Shown here one piece after another: positions 1 through 8,545 of a DNA stretch of 64,000 bases. The DNA lies in the NCBI GenBank assembly GCA_963800905.1, contig CAWDCT010000009.1, forward strand, positions 80,681 through 144,680, given 5' to 3'. Source of the DNA: an uncultured Solirubrobacteraceae bacterium. GTDB taxonomy: Bacteria; Actinomycetota; Thermoleophilia; Solirubrobacterales; Solirubrobacteraceae. A program made the translations under genes and the position numbers. Each line of letters opens with the position of its first letter. Position 1 is the stretch's first letter. The notes below the pieces were generated by a model, which was not told the DNA's origin, ran no database searches, and saw nothing but the letters and a program-made list of their open reading frames with translations.

Positions 1-238
1 GCGGCACGCGGCTCCAGTCGAAGGCCAGCGCCATCCGCTGCGGGTCGCTGGTCACGCTCCCGGCCTGCGAGAGCGGGCGGCCCTTGAGGCGGTTGATGCG
101 CAGCACCGAGGTCCGGTCGGGCAGCGCCGCGAGCGCGCAGAAGTTGCCGAAGCCGTAGAAGAGGGCGGCGCCGCCGGCGGTCGCGCGCGCGGCGGCGCGG
201 CGGTCGGAGGGGACGGAGAGGCTCAGGATCGCGGTCAC
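1..238 (-). CDS. Partial CDS, N-terminal part of a Sua5/YciO/YrdC-like protein (tentative); continues beyond the window start
   Basis: Hand translation from GTG 238 downward: VTAILSLSVPSDRRAAARATAGGAALFYGFGNFCALAALPDRTSVLRINRLKGRPLSQAGSVTSDPQRMALAFDWSRVP. No stop before position 1, so it is absent from the ORF track. The RINxxKGRP motif is YrdC/Sua5-like. Confidence 0.4.
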   Translation of the reverse strand, partial: MTAILSLSVPSDRRAAARATAGGAALFYGFGNFCALAALPDRTSVLRINRLKGRPLSQAGSVTSDPQRMALAFDWSRVP

Positions 239-294
239 GCCGCCACTGTCTCGCCGCCGCCTTGAAGAAACCTTGGCGGCGCCTTGTGGTGGAG

Positions 295-423
295 CTACGC
301 GAGCCGCAGGCGGAGCCGCGGCGTACGGCGGACCCGGCGGCGGGCGGCGGCGCGCTTGCGGCGCCACTCGGCCAGCACCATGTTCTCGGGCACGTCGGAC
401 TCGATGTAGTTCATAGCGGTCAT
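295..423 (-). CDS. Small hypothetical ORF (42 aa) with a basic C-terminus
   Basis: Hand translation: MTAMNYIESDVPENMVLAEWRRKRAAARRRVRRTPRLRLRLA*. ATG at 423, TAG at 295-297. Below the ORF-track length cutoff. No clear RBS. Confidence 0.25.
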   Translation of the reverse strand: MTAMNYIESDVPENMVLAEWRRKRAAARRRVRRTPRLRLRLA

Positions 424-576
424 CGCACTCAGAAGGATGCCGGTGGGGCCGTTCTGGATACATGCGGACAGCAGGCGTCTCGTGCGCGGCTGACCCGCCG
501 TCGCGTTCGGGTTGCCCGCACCCCTGCGCAGGCGCCGCCGGTCGGGCCGTCGGCCGCTGCGGGCGGTCGAGCATGC

Positions 577-814
577 GGGACGAACTTCTCGCTTGTAGGG
601 AGGCGGGTTGGGCGGCTTTCGGCCTCGAGATTCCGCGTAGCGGGATGCGCGCGCGGATTCGGGCTCGAAGCTGACGGCGGTTGGGGTTGTCTATGGGTCG
701 TATAGCGCGCACTGGACAAGCTCACGCGTTCGCAGCGACGCTCCGCCGCGGGCGCCGGCTCCACGATGCGACCGCCCTCCGGCCTTCCCTCAATGCAAGC
801 CGTTGACGTTCGCC
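577..814. repeat. Degenerate copy of the TIR-bounded intergenic palindromic element family (better copies at 8363, 17473, 44165)
   Basis: Right end CCCTCAATGCAAGCCGTTGACGTTCGCC (788-814) matches the CCCCACCCAGCGCAGTTGACGTTCGCC termini of the other copies. Left end GGGACGAACTTCTCGCTTGTAGGG (577-600) weakly matches GAAACGTCAACTGCGGCTGGGTAGGGG. The element ends 5 nt from the stop of the DsbA-like gene (819-821). Confidence 0.4.
683..723. repeat. About 40-nt palindromic mini-element, diverged copy (sibling of 28889..28928), nested in the degenerate element above
   Basis: GGGGTTGTCTATGGGTC-GTATAG-CGCGCACTGGACAAGCTC. The left arm is 15/17 identical to 28889-28905 and both are preceded by TT. The right arm is degenerate. 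Confidence 0.45.
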
Positions 815-818
815 CGCA

Positions 819-1700
819 CTACACCGCGGCAGGCATCCACAGCGCGTCGTTGCCGAACGGGCGCCGCGTGGCACGCGCCGGCGGCCACCGCCGAGATCAG
901 CGAGTCCTCGGCGGCCTCGCGGTCCGGCGGCTGGAGGTGCGGGCGCCATGACCGCGGCGACCTCGGCGGTGGTGAGCCCGTCCGGGAACGCCGGCAGCAC
1001 CTCGGCGGCGTCCTCGGCGGGCTCGCGGCGCTCGAGCGAGCGGTCGAGGTTGGCGATCGCGACGTCGTAGGCCTCGACGGGCTGGAAGCCGCCGACCTCG
1101 AGGCTGCGCCCGTCCTCGGCCTCCAGGATCAGGCTCGGCGCGGTGAAGCGGATCTCGCCCTCGGGCGTGGTCGCCGAGCGGCCCTGGAACTCGGTCGGCC
1201 CGCCGGCGGCGGAGCGGGCGAGCGCCCGGTCGGCGGCGAACAGCTCCTCGGTCTCGGGTTCGGCGGCGGCGGCGAGCAGCGCCGGCGGCGTCGATGTCCG
1301 GCAGCCACGCCAGCGCCTGCTCGATCCCGGCCGGCTCGTCGAGCGTGAGCGTGCTCGTGAACTGGGCGAGCTGGAGCGCACGGAACACCGCCCACTCGCG
1401 CTCGGGCGCGAGCCGGCGGGTCGCCACGACGACGCGGCACATCGGCCAGGTGGCGTGCGGGCGCTCGCGCGGCGCGGTCGCGAACGGCATGCCGCGGTGG
1501 CGGAACTTGCGGTAGTTGCGGGCCTGCGACTCGCCGGTCGTGCCGCGCCGGCGGTAGTGCTCGGCCGTCTCGCCGAGGCCGATCATCACGTGGCGCCAGG
1601 CGAGCTGGTCGCCGTAGCGCCACTGGAGGACGGCGAACGCCGGGCCGTTGGACCACGCCCACGGGCAGCCGGGATCGGAGAAGTGGGTGACCTTGATCAC
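819..1700 (-). pseudogene. DsbA-family thioredoxin-fold protein; frame broken by about 3 small indels as given (possibly sequencing error)
   Basis: GTG 1700 gives VIKVTHFSDPGCPWAWSNGPAFAVLQWRYGDQLAWRHVMIGL... (frame of ORF 897..2012). It continues as ...AAAAEPETEELFAADRALARS...EGEIRFTAPSLILEAEDGRSLEVGGFQPVEAYDVAIANLD...GLTTAEVAAVMAP (frame of ORF 722..1381). The C-terminus ...PFGNDALWMPAAV* was read by hand in a third frame (TAG 819-821). Confidence 0.7.
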
Positions 1701-1993
1701 GGCAGGTCGCGCCGGATCTTCACGTCGCCGATCAGCGAGCCGGGCGGGCCCAGCGTCACCACGACGATGGCAGGGAACCACCAGCCCCACAGGCGCTCGG
1801 CGGCGCCGCGGGCACACAGGAACAGCAGGATCAGATACCCGACGCCGTGGAGCGGGCCGAGCCAGTCGACCACGCTCTCGTTCTCGTTGAGCGCGGCGAT
1901 CACCAGCGCGACGAGCAGCAGCGCGTCGACGATGGCGATGGGGCGGATGAGGTTCAGGCGGCGGCGGACGATGGATTCGTTCACCGGGGACAC
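1697..1993 (-). CDS. Small integral membrane protein, DUF3817-like
   Basis: ORF 1697..1993 (98 aa) with hydrophobic helices IAIVDALLLVALVIAAL, GVGYLILLFLCA and WWFPAIVVVTL. Its stop overlaps the GTG start of the downstream DsbA-like gene (GTGA at 1697-1700). Confidence 0.65.
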   Translation of the reverse strand: MSPVNESIVRRRLNLIRPIAIVDALLLVALVIAALNENESVVDWLGPLHGVGYLILLFLCARGAAERLWGWWFPAIVVVTLGPPGSLIGDVKIRRDLP

Positions 1994-2031
1994 GATATTC
2001 CGTCCACTTCATTTCCTAGGGTGCGGCGCCC

Positions 2032-3663
2032 TTGACGTCTGCGGTCACCCCCTCCGCCTCCCGGCGCGGCCGGACCCTGCCCGCCTGGCCCGCCTCGCGG
2101 CCCCTGCGCGCCTGGCAGGAGGCCGCCGTCGACGCCGTCTTCGGTCATGACGGCGACAGCTTCCTCGCCTCCGCCACGCCGGCCGCCGGCAAGACCACCT
2201 TCGGCCTGCACGTCGCGTACCGGATGCTCGTCGAGGGCCGGGTGGCACGCGTGGTGGTGGTCGCGCCGACCACGCACATCTGCCGCCAGTGGGCGCTGGA
2301 CGCCGCCCGCTACGGGATCGACCTCGAGCCCAACCGGCCGAACGCCGCCGGGCCGGAGCCGCGCGACCGCCACGGGATCGCCGTGACCTACGCGACGCTG
2401 GCCGCCGGCCCGGGCGTGCACCGGCGCCGCTGCGGCGAGGCGCCGACGCTGCTGATCGCCGACGAGCCGCACCACATGGGCGAGCTGGCCGCCTGGGGCC
2501 GCAGCACCCTCGCGGCCTTCGAGCGGGCGCGCTTCCGGCTGCTGCTCTCGGGCACGCCGTTCCGCTCCGACAACACGCCGATCCCGTGGGTGCCCTACGA
2601 CGACGAGGGCGTCTCCCGGGCGGACTTCTCCTACGGCTACACCGACGCCCTGATCGACGGCGTGTGCCGGCCGGTGACCTTCCACACCTACGGCGGCGAG
2701 ATGGAGTGGATGAGCGACGGCCGCCGCCGCCGCGCCGACTTCTCGGCCGTGCTGCCCGCCGCCGAGGCGGCGCGCCGGCTGCGCACCGCTCTGGATCCGG
2801 ACGGCGACTGGGTGACGCACGTGCTGCGCGACGCGCACGCCTCGCTCGTGGAGCTGCGGGCGGGCGCGCATCCGGACGCCGGCGGGCTGGTGGTGGCGAT
2901 CGACAAGGAGCACGCCGAGCGGCTGGCGGCGCGGCTCGGCGCGATCACCGGCGAGCGGCCCGCGATCGTGACCTCCGACGCCGCCGACGCCTCGCAGCGC
3001 ATCCAGCGCTTCGCGACCGGCTCGGGTGCCTGGCTCGTCTCGGTGCTGATGGTCTCCGAGGGCGTCGACATCCCGCGCCTGCGGGTCGGCGTCTACGCCA
3101 CGAGCGCGCGCACCGAGCTGTTCTTCCGCCAGGTCGTCGGCCGCTTCATCCGCCGCACCCCGGCGCCGCGGTCGCAGATGAGCCATCTCTTCCTGCCCTC
3201 GGATCCGGCCCTGAAGCGGCTGGCCGCGCAGATCGAGGAGGAGCGCAACCACGCGCTCGCGCTCGAGCCGGAGGGGGAGGCGGTGGAGCGCGGGGAGCGC
3301 GGCGAGCCGGAGGAGGCGTTCCGCGCGCTGTGGTCGAGCGCGCGGCGCGACGACGACGTGCTCCAGACGACGCAGCCGGGCGACGCGCTCCAGCTCTTCG
3401 CCGAGGCGGCCCCGGCGCCGTCGCCGGCGCTGGCCGCCTTCACGACCACCGAGCCCGAGCCGGAGTCCGCCCACGAGCGCCGCGAGCGGCTGCGCGACAC
3501 GCGCCGCGCACTGGTGTCGACGGTGGCGCGCGCCACCGGCGAGGCGCACTCCGCGATCAATGCACGCATCAATCGCGAGGTGGGCGCCCCGTCGGTGGCG
3601 AAGTCGACCGTCGACCAGCTCGAGCGGGCCAACGCCCTGCTCGAGCGGGCGGTCAGCGGCTGA
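2032..3663 (+). CDS. SF2 DEAD/DEAH-box helicase (type III restriction Res-subunit-like)
   Basis: ORF 2032..3663 (543 aa). Walker A-like ATPAAGKTTFG, DExH box LLIADEPHHMG, motif III LLLSGTPFRSD, C-terminal helicase motif VSVLMVSEGVDIPRLRV. The exact (non-ATG) start is uncertain. Confidence 0.85.
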   Translation: MTSAVTPSASRRGRTLPAWPASRPLRAWQEAAVDAVFGHDGDSFLASATPAAGKTTFGLHVAYRMLVEGRVARVVVVAPTTHICRQWALDAARYGIDLEPNRPNAAGPEPRDRHGIAVTYATLAAGPGVHRRRCGEAPTLLIADEPHHMGELAAWGRSTLAAFERARFRLLLSGTPFRSDNTPIPWVPYDDEGVSRADFSYGYTDALIDGVCRPVTFHTYGGEMEWMSDGRRRRADFSAVLPAAEAARRLRTALDPDGDWVTHVLRDAHASLVELRAGAHPDAGGLVVAIDKEHAERLAARLGAITGERPAIVTSDAADASQRIQRFATGSGAWLVSVLMVSEGVDIPRLRVGVYATSARTELFFRQVVGRFIRRTPAPRSQMSHLFLPSDPALKRLAAQIEEERNHALALEPEGEAVERGERGEPEEAFRALWSSARRDDDVLQTTQPGDALQLFAEAAPAPSPALAAFTTTEPEPESAHERRERLRDTRRALVSTVARATGEAHSAINARINREVGAPSVAKSTVDQLERANALLERAVSG

Positions 3664-4111
3664 GCTCGAAGGTGAACTCGGCGGGCTTGTCGCCTGCCTC
3701 GTCGACCGTGAGCTGGCCGCGCACGCCCTTGTAGGCGCCGGTGCCGCCGGTGACGGCCTGCTTGAACGGCACCTTCTCGAGCTCATCCGAAGTGACGATG
3801 CCCTGCGCCGTGATCTGGCCACCGGGCAGCGTCGTCGTGTTGAAGCACTGCGCCGAGAACTTCGGCAGCTGGAGGCGCACGACCGTGCACTGGATGTCGC
3901 TGGTGCCGACGCGCTTGCCGTTCTTGTAGACGTCCTCGGTGATCACGTTCATGTCGCCGAGGCTGGGGCCCGGCTTGCCGACGTCGACCTGCTCCGCGGC
4001 GAGCTGCTTGCCGGTGAGCGTGAGGTCGTGGTCCTTGTGGGACGCCAGGCTGGGGGTGACGATGAGGGCCGCGGCGACGACCGCGGCGGGGAGGATGCGT
4101 GAGATGTACAT
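3653..4111 (-). CDS. Secreted hypothetical protein, dirigent/allene-oxide-cyclase-barrel-like (tentative)
   Basis: ORF 3653..4111 (152 aa). N-terminal signal-like MYISRILPAAVVAAALIVTPSLAS. C-terminal TGGTGAYKGVRGQLTV motif typical of dirigent-like beta-barrels. Convergent 11-nt overlap with the helicase 3' end. Confidence 0.65.
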   Translation of the reverse strand: MYISRILPAAVVAAALIVTPSLASHKDHDLTLTGKQLAAEQVDVGKPGPSLGDMNVITEDVYKNGKRVGTSDIQCTVVRLQLPKFSAQCFNTTTLPGGQITAQGIVTSDELEKVPFKQAVTGGTGAYKGVRGQLTVDEAGDKPAEFTFELSR

Positions 4112-4154
4112 GGCGCCAGCATGCGGGCGCCGCGGCCGCCTGCCATCGAGGAAA

Positions 4155-6882
4155 TCACCTAACCCGCCGCGCCAGCTCGACCCGCGAGCGGACGCCGAGC
4201 TTGGCGTAGATGTTGCGCAGGTGCGCCTCGATCGTCTTGGCGCTCAGCACGAGCTGCTCGGCGACCTCGCGGTTCGTCCGGCCGCCGGCCACGAGCAGCG
4301 CGATCTCGCGCTCGCGCGCCGTGAGTGAACCGAGCGGGCCGTCCGTCGCGTCGCGCGCGGCGCGCACGACCCGATGCCCGAGCTTGCGCAGCTCGCGGAC
4401 GGCCTCGTCACGCCGTCGCAGCGCACCGAACCCGTCGAGCGCGGCCTCGGCCTCGATCAGCGCCGCGCGCGCCGCCTCGCGGTCGCCGGCCGCGGCGAGC
4501 GCGCGGCCCTCGGCGAGGCGCACGAGCGCCGCGGCCAGCGGAGCTCCGATGTCGTCGGACTGCCGCGCGGCGCCCACCGCCTCGTCGGGCCGCCCCTCGG
4601 CGAGCAGGACGGCCGCGGTGGCCCGCGCGGTCGTCGCCGCCGCCCAGCGCGTGCCGGCCTGAACGGCGGCCAGCGCCTCGCGGGCCGCGGCGAGGTCGCC
4701 GGCGGCGAGCTGGGCCTCGACGAGGTCGGCGGCCGCGGCCGGGCGGTCGGCCGGGACCACGAGCGGCATCGTCGCGCCGCCGAAGGCCTCCAGCAGCGTG
4801 GACGCCGCCCGCTCCGGGTTGCCGGCGGCGGTCAGCGCGGCGCCGAGGGACCAGCCCGGCTGCGCGGCCCGGTGGAACCCGGGCGGCGCCTCGGTCGTCT
4901 GCGCCTCCTCGGCCTCGCGCAGGGCGCCGGTGACGTCGCCGGCGGCGAGCCTCGCGCCGGCCAGCGCCGCCTGCGCGCCGACCAGCTGCTGGGCGTTGCC
5001 GGTCAGCCGCGCGCGGTCGAGCGCCTCCTCGCCGGCGGCCACCGCCTCGCTCAGCCGGCCCAGCTCGACCAGCGGGCGCACCAGCCCGTGGCTCACCACG
5101 ACCAGCACCAGCTCGCGCCCGGTGGCGCCCGCCATCCGGCCCGCGCGCTCCAGCAGCTCCAGCGCCGGCTCGAAGCGGCCGAGCGAGATCTCGGCCCGCG
5201 CGAGCATCCAGAGGCCGGGGAGCCGCCGCATCAGGTCGGTCTCGTCGAGCCGGCCGAACGCGTCCGTCGCCCGCTCGAGCGCGGCCACGGCGTCCGGTCC
5301 CGGAGCCGCGGCGCAAAGGGCGAAGGCGTCCAGGCCGAGCGCCGCCGCCTCGAGCACCGGGTCGCCGAGCACGCGCGCGTCGGCCAGCGCGTCGCTGCCC
5401 TGCGCGCGCGCCTCGTCGTAGTCGCAGGCGAGCATCACGGTGAGGCCGAGCGACAGGTGGAGCCGGATGCGATGCTCGGAGGGCTCCGCCGGCAGGTCGC
5501 GCAGCGCGACGTGCAGCCGCTCCAGCGCCTCCTGGCTGCGCCCGAGCCAGAACTCGGCGTTCGCGACCCGCACGGTCAGCGACTGTCGCTCCACCGGGTC
5601 GCGCTCGCGCGACAGCGCGTCGAGCAGCGTCGATCGCGCGGCGTCGGGGTCGCCCGCCGCGCTCTGCGCCTCGGCCAGGGCGATCTGCATCGCGCGCCGG
5701 TCCGGTGCGTCCGGCACGAGGCGCAGCGCGGCAGCGTGGAAGCGCGCCGCCGTCGCCGGGCGGGCGCCTGGAGCTCGCGCGCGGCGTCGACCAGCAGGGC
5801 GGCCGCTGTCTCGTCGCCGGGCTCGGCCGCGTGCTCGATGTGATGCGCGCGGGCGACGACTCCGGCGCCGCGGCGCTCGAGCCCCGCGGCGGCGCGGCCG
5901 TGGGCGGCGAGCCGCCACCCGCCGGGGGCGCCCTCGTAGACCACGTGGCGGACCACCGGATGCCGGAAGGCGAACCGGCGCGTCCCGCTCGCCGGGCGCA
6001 CGAGCGTGCGCGCGAGCAGGTCGTCGAGCCCGGCCAGCGCGGTCGCCTGGGGCAGCTCGGCGACCTCGGCGGCGAGCGCGGGATCGAACGGGTCGCCGAC
6101 GACGGCCGCCGCGTCGAGCACGCGCCGCGCGTCGGGCGCCAGCTCCGCGAGCTCGGCGGCGAGCGCGAGCGCGACGGTGGCGGGCGCGACGTTCCCGCGG
6201 GAACGCGCGAGCTGCTCGAGGTAGAACGGGTTGCCGCCGCTGGCGGGGTAGATCGCGGCGACGTCGCCGCCGACCAGCTCGACGGCCTCCGTCTCGCTCA
6301 GCGGCTCCAGCACCAGCCGCGTCAGGCGCTCCTGCCGCGCCGCGGCCGCGAGCGCGGTCGCCACCGGCTGCGGGCAGCAGACCCTCGCGCCCCGCCACCG
6401 CCAGCAGCACCGGGCCGTCGGGCGGGCGGCGGACGAGCGCGGCGACGGCGTCGAGCGAGCCGGGATCCGCCCAGTGCAGGTCGTCGAGCCACAGCACGAG
6501 CGGCCGCGGCGTGGCGAGGCGCGCGAGCAGGTCGCGCAGCGCGCGGTGCAGCCGGTGGCGGTCCGCCGCCGCGTCGCCGCCGCCGAGGAACGGGCAGCGC
6601 CGCCGCGTCCTCGATCCCCAGCCGCGCGACGCGCCGCTCTCCCAGCTCGCGCAGATGCGGCTCGAGCGCCTCGGCCCAGATCGCGTACGGCAGGTCCGCC
6701 TCGAACTCGGACGCCGCGGCGCCCAGGACCAGGCAGTCCGGCGCGGCGCGCTCGGCCAGCTCGCCGAGCAGGCGCGTCTTGCCGATCCCCGGCTCGCCCT
6801 CGACGGCGACGACCGGAGCGGCGGCGATCCGCCCGAGCGCGCGGTCGAGCGCATCGCGCTCTCGTTGGCGGCCGACCAGCAT
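4155..6882 (-). pseudogene. Large ATP-binding LuxR-family (LAL/MalT-like) regulator; about 3 frameshifts as given
   Basis: ATG 6882 gives MLVGRQRERDALDRAL...AVEGEPGIGKTRLLGEL (Walker A; frame of ORF 6322..6990). Then ...LVLWLDDLHWADPGSLDAV (Walker B; ORF 4155..6854 frame). Then ...LVLEPLSETEAVELV...GGNPFYLEQLARS...FAFRHPVVRHVVYEG (ORF 5576..7423 frame). Then TPR-like repeats and the C-terminal LuxR HTH LTAREREIALLVAGGRTNREVAEQLVLSAKTIEAHLRNIYAKLGV. Frame switches near 6600, 6385 and 5765. Confidence 0.8.
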
Positions 6883-6937
6883 CGCGGCGATTCTCGCGGA
6901 TAGGTGATACCCCCGATGACCGCGGGCCCGCGGCGGG

Positions 6938-7420
6938 TTGGAGACTTCCGGCATGACCTCGATCCATCCCGCCGTCCGCGTCGGCCACATCCACCTGCGC
7001 GTCGCCGACCTCGACCGCTCGCTCGCCTTCTACCGCGACGGGCTCGGCTTCAACGTGATCGCCGACGGTCGTCCGCTCGGGCTCGACGCCGCGTTCCTCG
7101 CGGCCGGCGACTACCACCATCACATCGGCCTCAACACCTGGGAGAGCGCAGGCGGCGAGCCGCCGCCGCCCGGCCACACCGGGCTCTACCACGTGGCGTT
7201 CGTCTATCCCGACCGCCAGGAGCTCTCGCGCGCGATCCGGCGGCTGCTCGAGCACGGCTACGAGATCGACCACGGCACCGACCACGCCGCGACGGTCTCG
7301 GTCTACCTCGAGGACCCCGACGGCAACGGCGTCGAGCTGTACTACGACCGCCCGCGCGAGGCGTGGTTCGACGGCGACGGCCGGCCGATCCTGAAGGCCG
7401 AGCGGATCCCGGTCGAGTAG
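6938..7420 (+). CDS. VOC/glyoxalase-family (extradiol dioxygenase-like) protein
   Basis: ORF 6938..7420 (160 aa): VGHIHLRVADLDRSLAFYRDGLGF...HHHIGLNTW...LYHVAF...SVYLEDPDGNGVELYYD. The start may be the internal ATG at 6953. Confidence 0.85.
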   Translation: METSGMTSIHPAVRVGHIHLRVADLDRSLAFYRDGLGFNVIADGRPLGLDAAFLAAGDYHHHIGLNTWESAGGEPPPPGHTGLYHVAFVYPDRQELSRAIRRLLEHGYEIDHGTDHAATVSVYLEDPDGNGVELYYDRPREAWFDGDGRPILKAERIPVE

Positions 7421-7423
7421 CAT

Positions 7424-7888
7424 CTAGCCCAGCGGCTCGAGCACCGGCCGGCGGATGTGCTCGTACACGACCGAGGTCCGCACGTCGGCGACCTCGGGGC
7501 GCTCGGTCAGGCGGTCGATCACGAACGCGTAGAGCGCGTCGGTGTCGGGCACGGCGACGTGCAGCAGGAAGTCGTCGCCGCCCGCCACCACGAACACGCC
7601 GACGATCTCGGGCAGTCCCGCCGCCCAGTCCCGGAACGCCTCGATGTTCTCGCGCGACGGCGGCCGGATCGTCACCGCGGTCAGCGCCTGCACGCGGCGG
7701 CCGAGCGCCGGCAGGTCGACCTCGGCGTGGTAGCCGCGGATGGTCCCCGACGCGCGCAGCGCCCGCACGCGCTCGGACGAGGTCGACGGCGAGACGTGGA
7801 CCGCCGCGGCGAGGTCGCGGTTGGTCTGCCGCGCATCGTCCTGGAGCTCGCGCAGAAGCGCGTAGTCGAGCGCATCAAGTTCGGTCAT
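7424..7888 (-). CDS. Lrp/AsnC-family transcriptional regulator
   Basis: ORF 7424..7906; likely start MTELDALDYALLRELQDDARQTNRDLAAAVHVSPSTSSERVRAL (HTH_AsnC) followed by a RAM/ligand domain. Divergent from the DUF2000 gene. Confidence 0.9.
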   Translation of the reverse strand: MTELDALDYALLRELQDDARQTNRDLAAAVHVSPSTSSERVRALRASGTIRGYHAEVDLPALGRRVQALTAVTIRPPSRENIEAFRDWAAGLPEIVGVFVVAGGDDFLLHVAVPDTDALYAFVIDRLTERPEVADVRTSVVYEHIRRPVLEPLG

Positions 7889-7958
7889 GTGGCGATTCTG
7901 GCGCACTTCGTACGGAGTTGTGTGCGGTGTTCCGAAGATTCGCTACGTTCTCGCGCCC

Positions 7959-8363
7959 ATGAGCGAACGCTGCGTGATCGTCGTCGACGAGGGTCTGCCG
8001 CCCGGTCTGGCCGCCAACGCGGCCGCCGTGCTCGCGCTGACGCTCGGCGCCCGCGAGCCCGGGCTGGTCGGCGCCGACTTCGTCGACGCGGACGCGCGAG
8101 CCGCATCCCGGCCTGATCCCGATCGGCCTGCCCGTGCTGCGCGCGCCGCGGCCGAGCTCGTCGAGATCCGGCGCCGGGCTGCCGCGGACGGCGTGGGCGT
8201 CGTCGACTTCCCGGTGTTCGGGCAGCAGACGAACGACTACGACGAGTTCCGGGGGATGGTCGCGGCGACGCCGGCGGCCGAGCTGTCGTACCTGGGCGTC
8301 GCGCTGGCGGGTTCGGCGCGGGCGGTGCGGCGGTTGACCGGGCGGCTGGCGCTGCTCCGATGA
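7959..8363 (+). pseudogene. DUF2000-family protein; two compensating frameshifts as given
   Basis: MSERCVIVVDEGLPPGLAANAAAVLALTLGA...FVDAD, then HPGLIPIGLPVLRA only in a second frame (about 8108-8148), then AAELVEIRRRAAADGVGVVDFPVFGQQTNDYDEFRGMVAATPAAELSYLGVALAGSARAVRRLTGRLALLR*. Confidence 0.7.
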
Positions 8364-8539
8364 ACGTCAACTGCGCTGGGTGGGGAGTGGCGAGCACGGC
8401 TAACGTGCAATCGGGCGCGGTCGCGGTGCGCCCGATTGCACGTTAGGTGACCCCCGCCGGATCCGACTCCGTGCATCTGCACGCGCCCAGCGCGACGGAT
8501 TGCACGCCACCTGCCGCCCCACCCAGCGCAGTTGACGTT
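8363..8539. repeat. TIR-bounded palindromic intergenic element, copy with a distinct core (MITE/REP-like)
   Basis: Termini AACGTCAACTGCGCTGGGTGGGG (8363-8385) and CCCCACCCAGCGCAGTTGACGTT (8517-8539) are perfect reverse complements. The core has a perfect 18-bp stem, TAACGTGCAATCGGGCGC / GCGCCCGATTGCACGTTA, at 8401-8445. It fills the gap between convergent genes (stops at 8363 and 8546). Confidence 0.8.
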
Positions 8540-8545
8540 CGCCGC

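Noticed and set aside
430-577. A possible structured ncRNA or riboswitch in the 150-nt GC-rich stretch upstream of the small ORF at 295..423.
   Set aside because: I could not recognise any known riboswitch or sRNA consensus, and no convincing conserved helices beyond generic GC pairing. This needs a covariance-model search (Rfam/Infernal) that I cannot run.
1981-6907. Very long ORFs antisense to, or out of frame with, the helicase and LAL genes, for example 1981..3822(-) 613 aa, 2289..3734(+), 4374..5843(+), 5440..6903(+) and 5705..6907(+).
   Set aside because: Their composition is Arg/Ala/Gly/Pro-rich low complexity, typical of non-coding frames in DNA over 70% GC. They carry no family motifs and overlap genes with clear motifs. 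The same applies to 10250..12031(+), 14259..15587(-), 24399..25412(-), 27355..28908(-), 28989..30329(-), 35682..36977(-), 38653..41094(+), 38729..40519(-), 45777..47438(-), 48055..49170(-) and 57197..58840(-).
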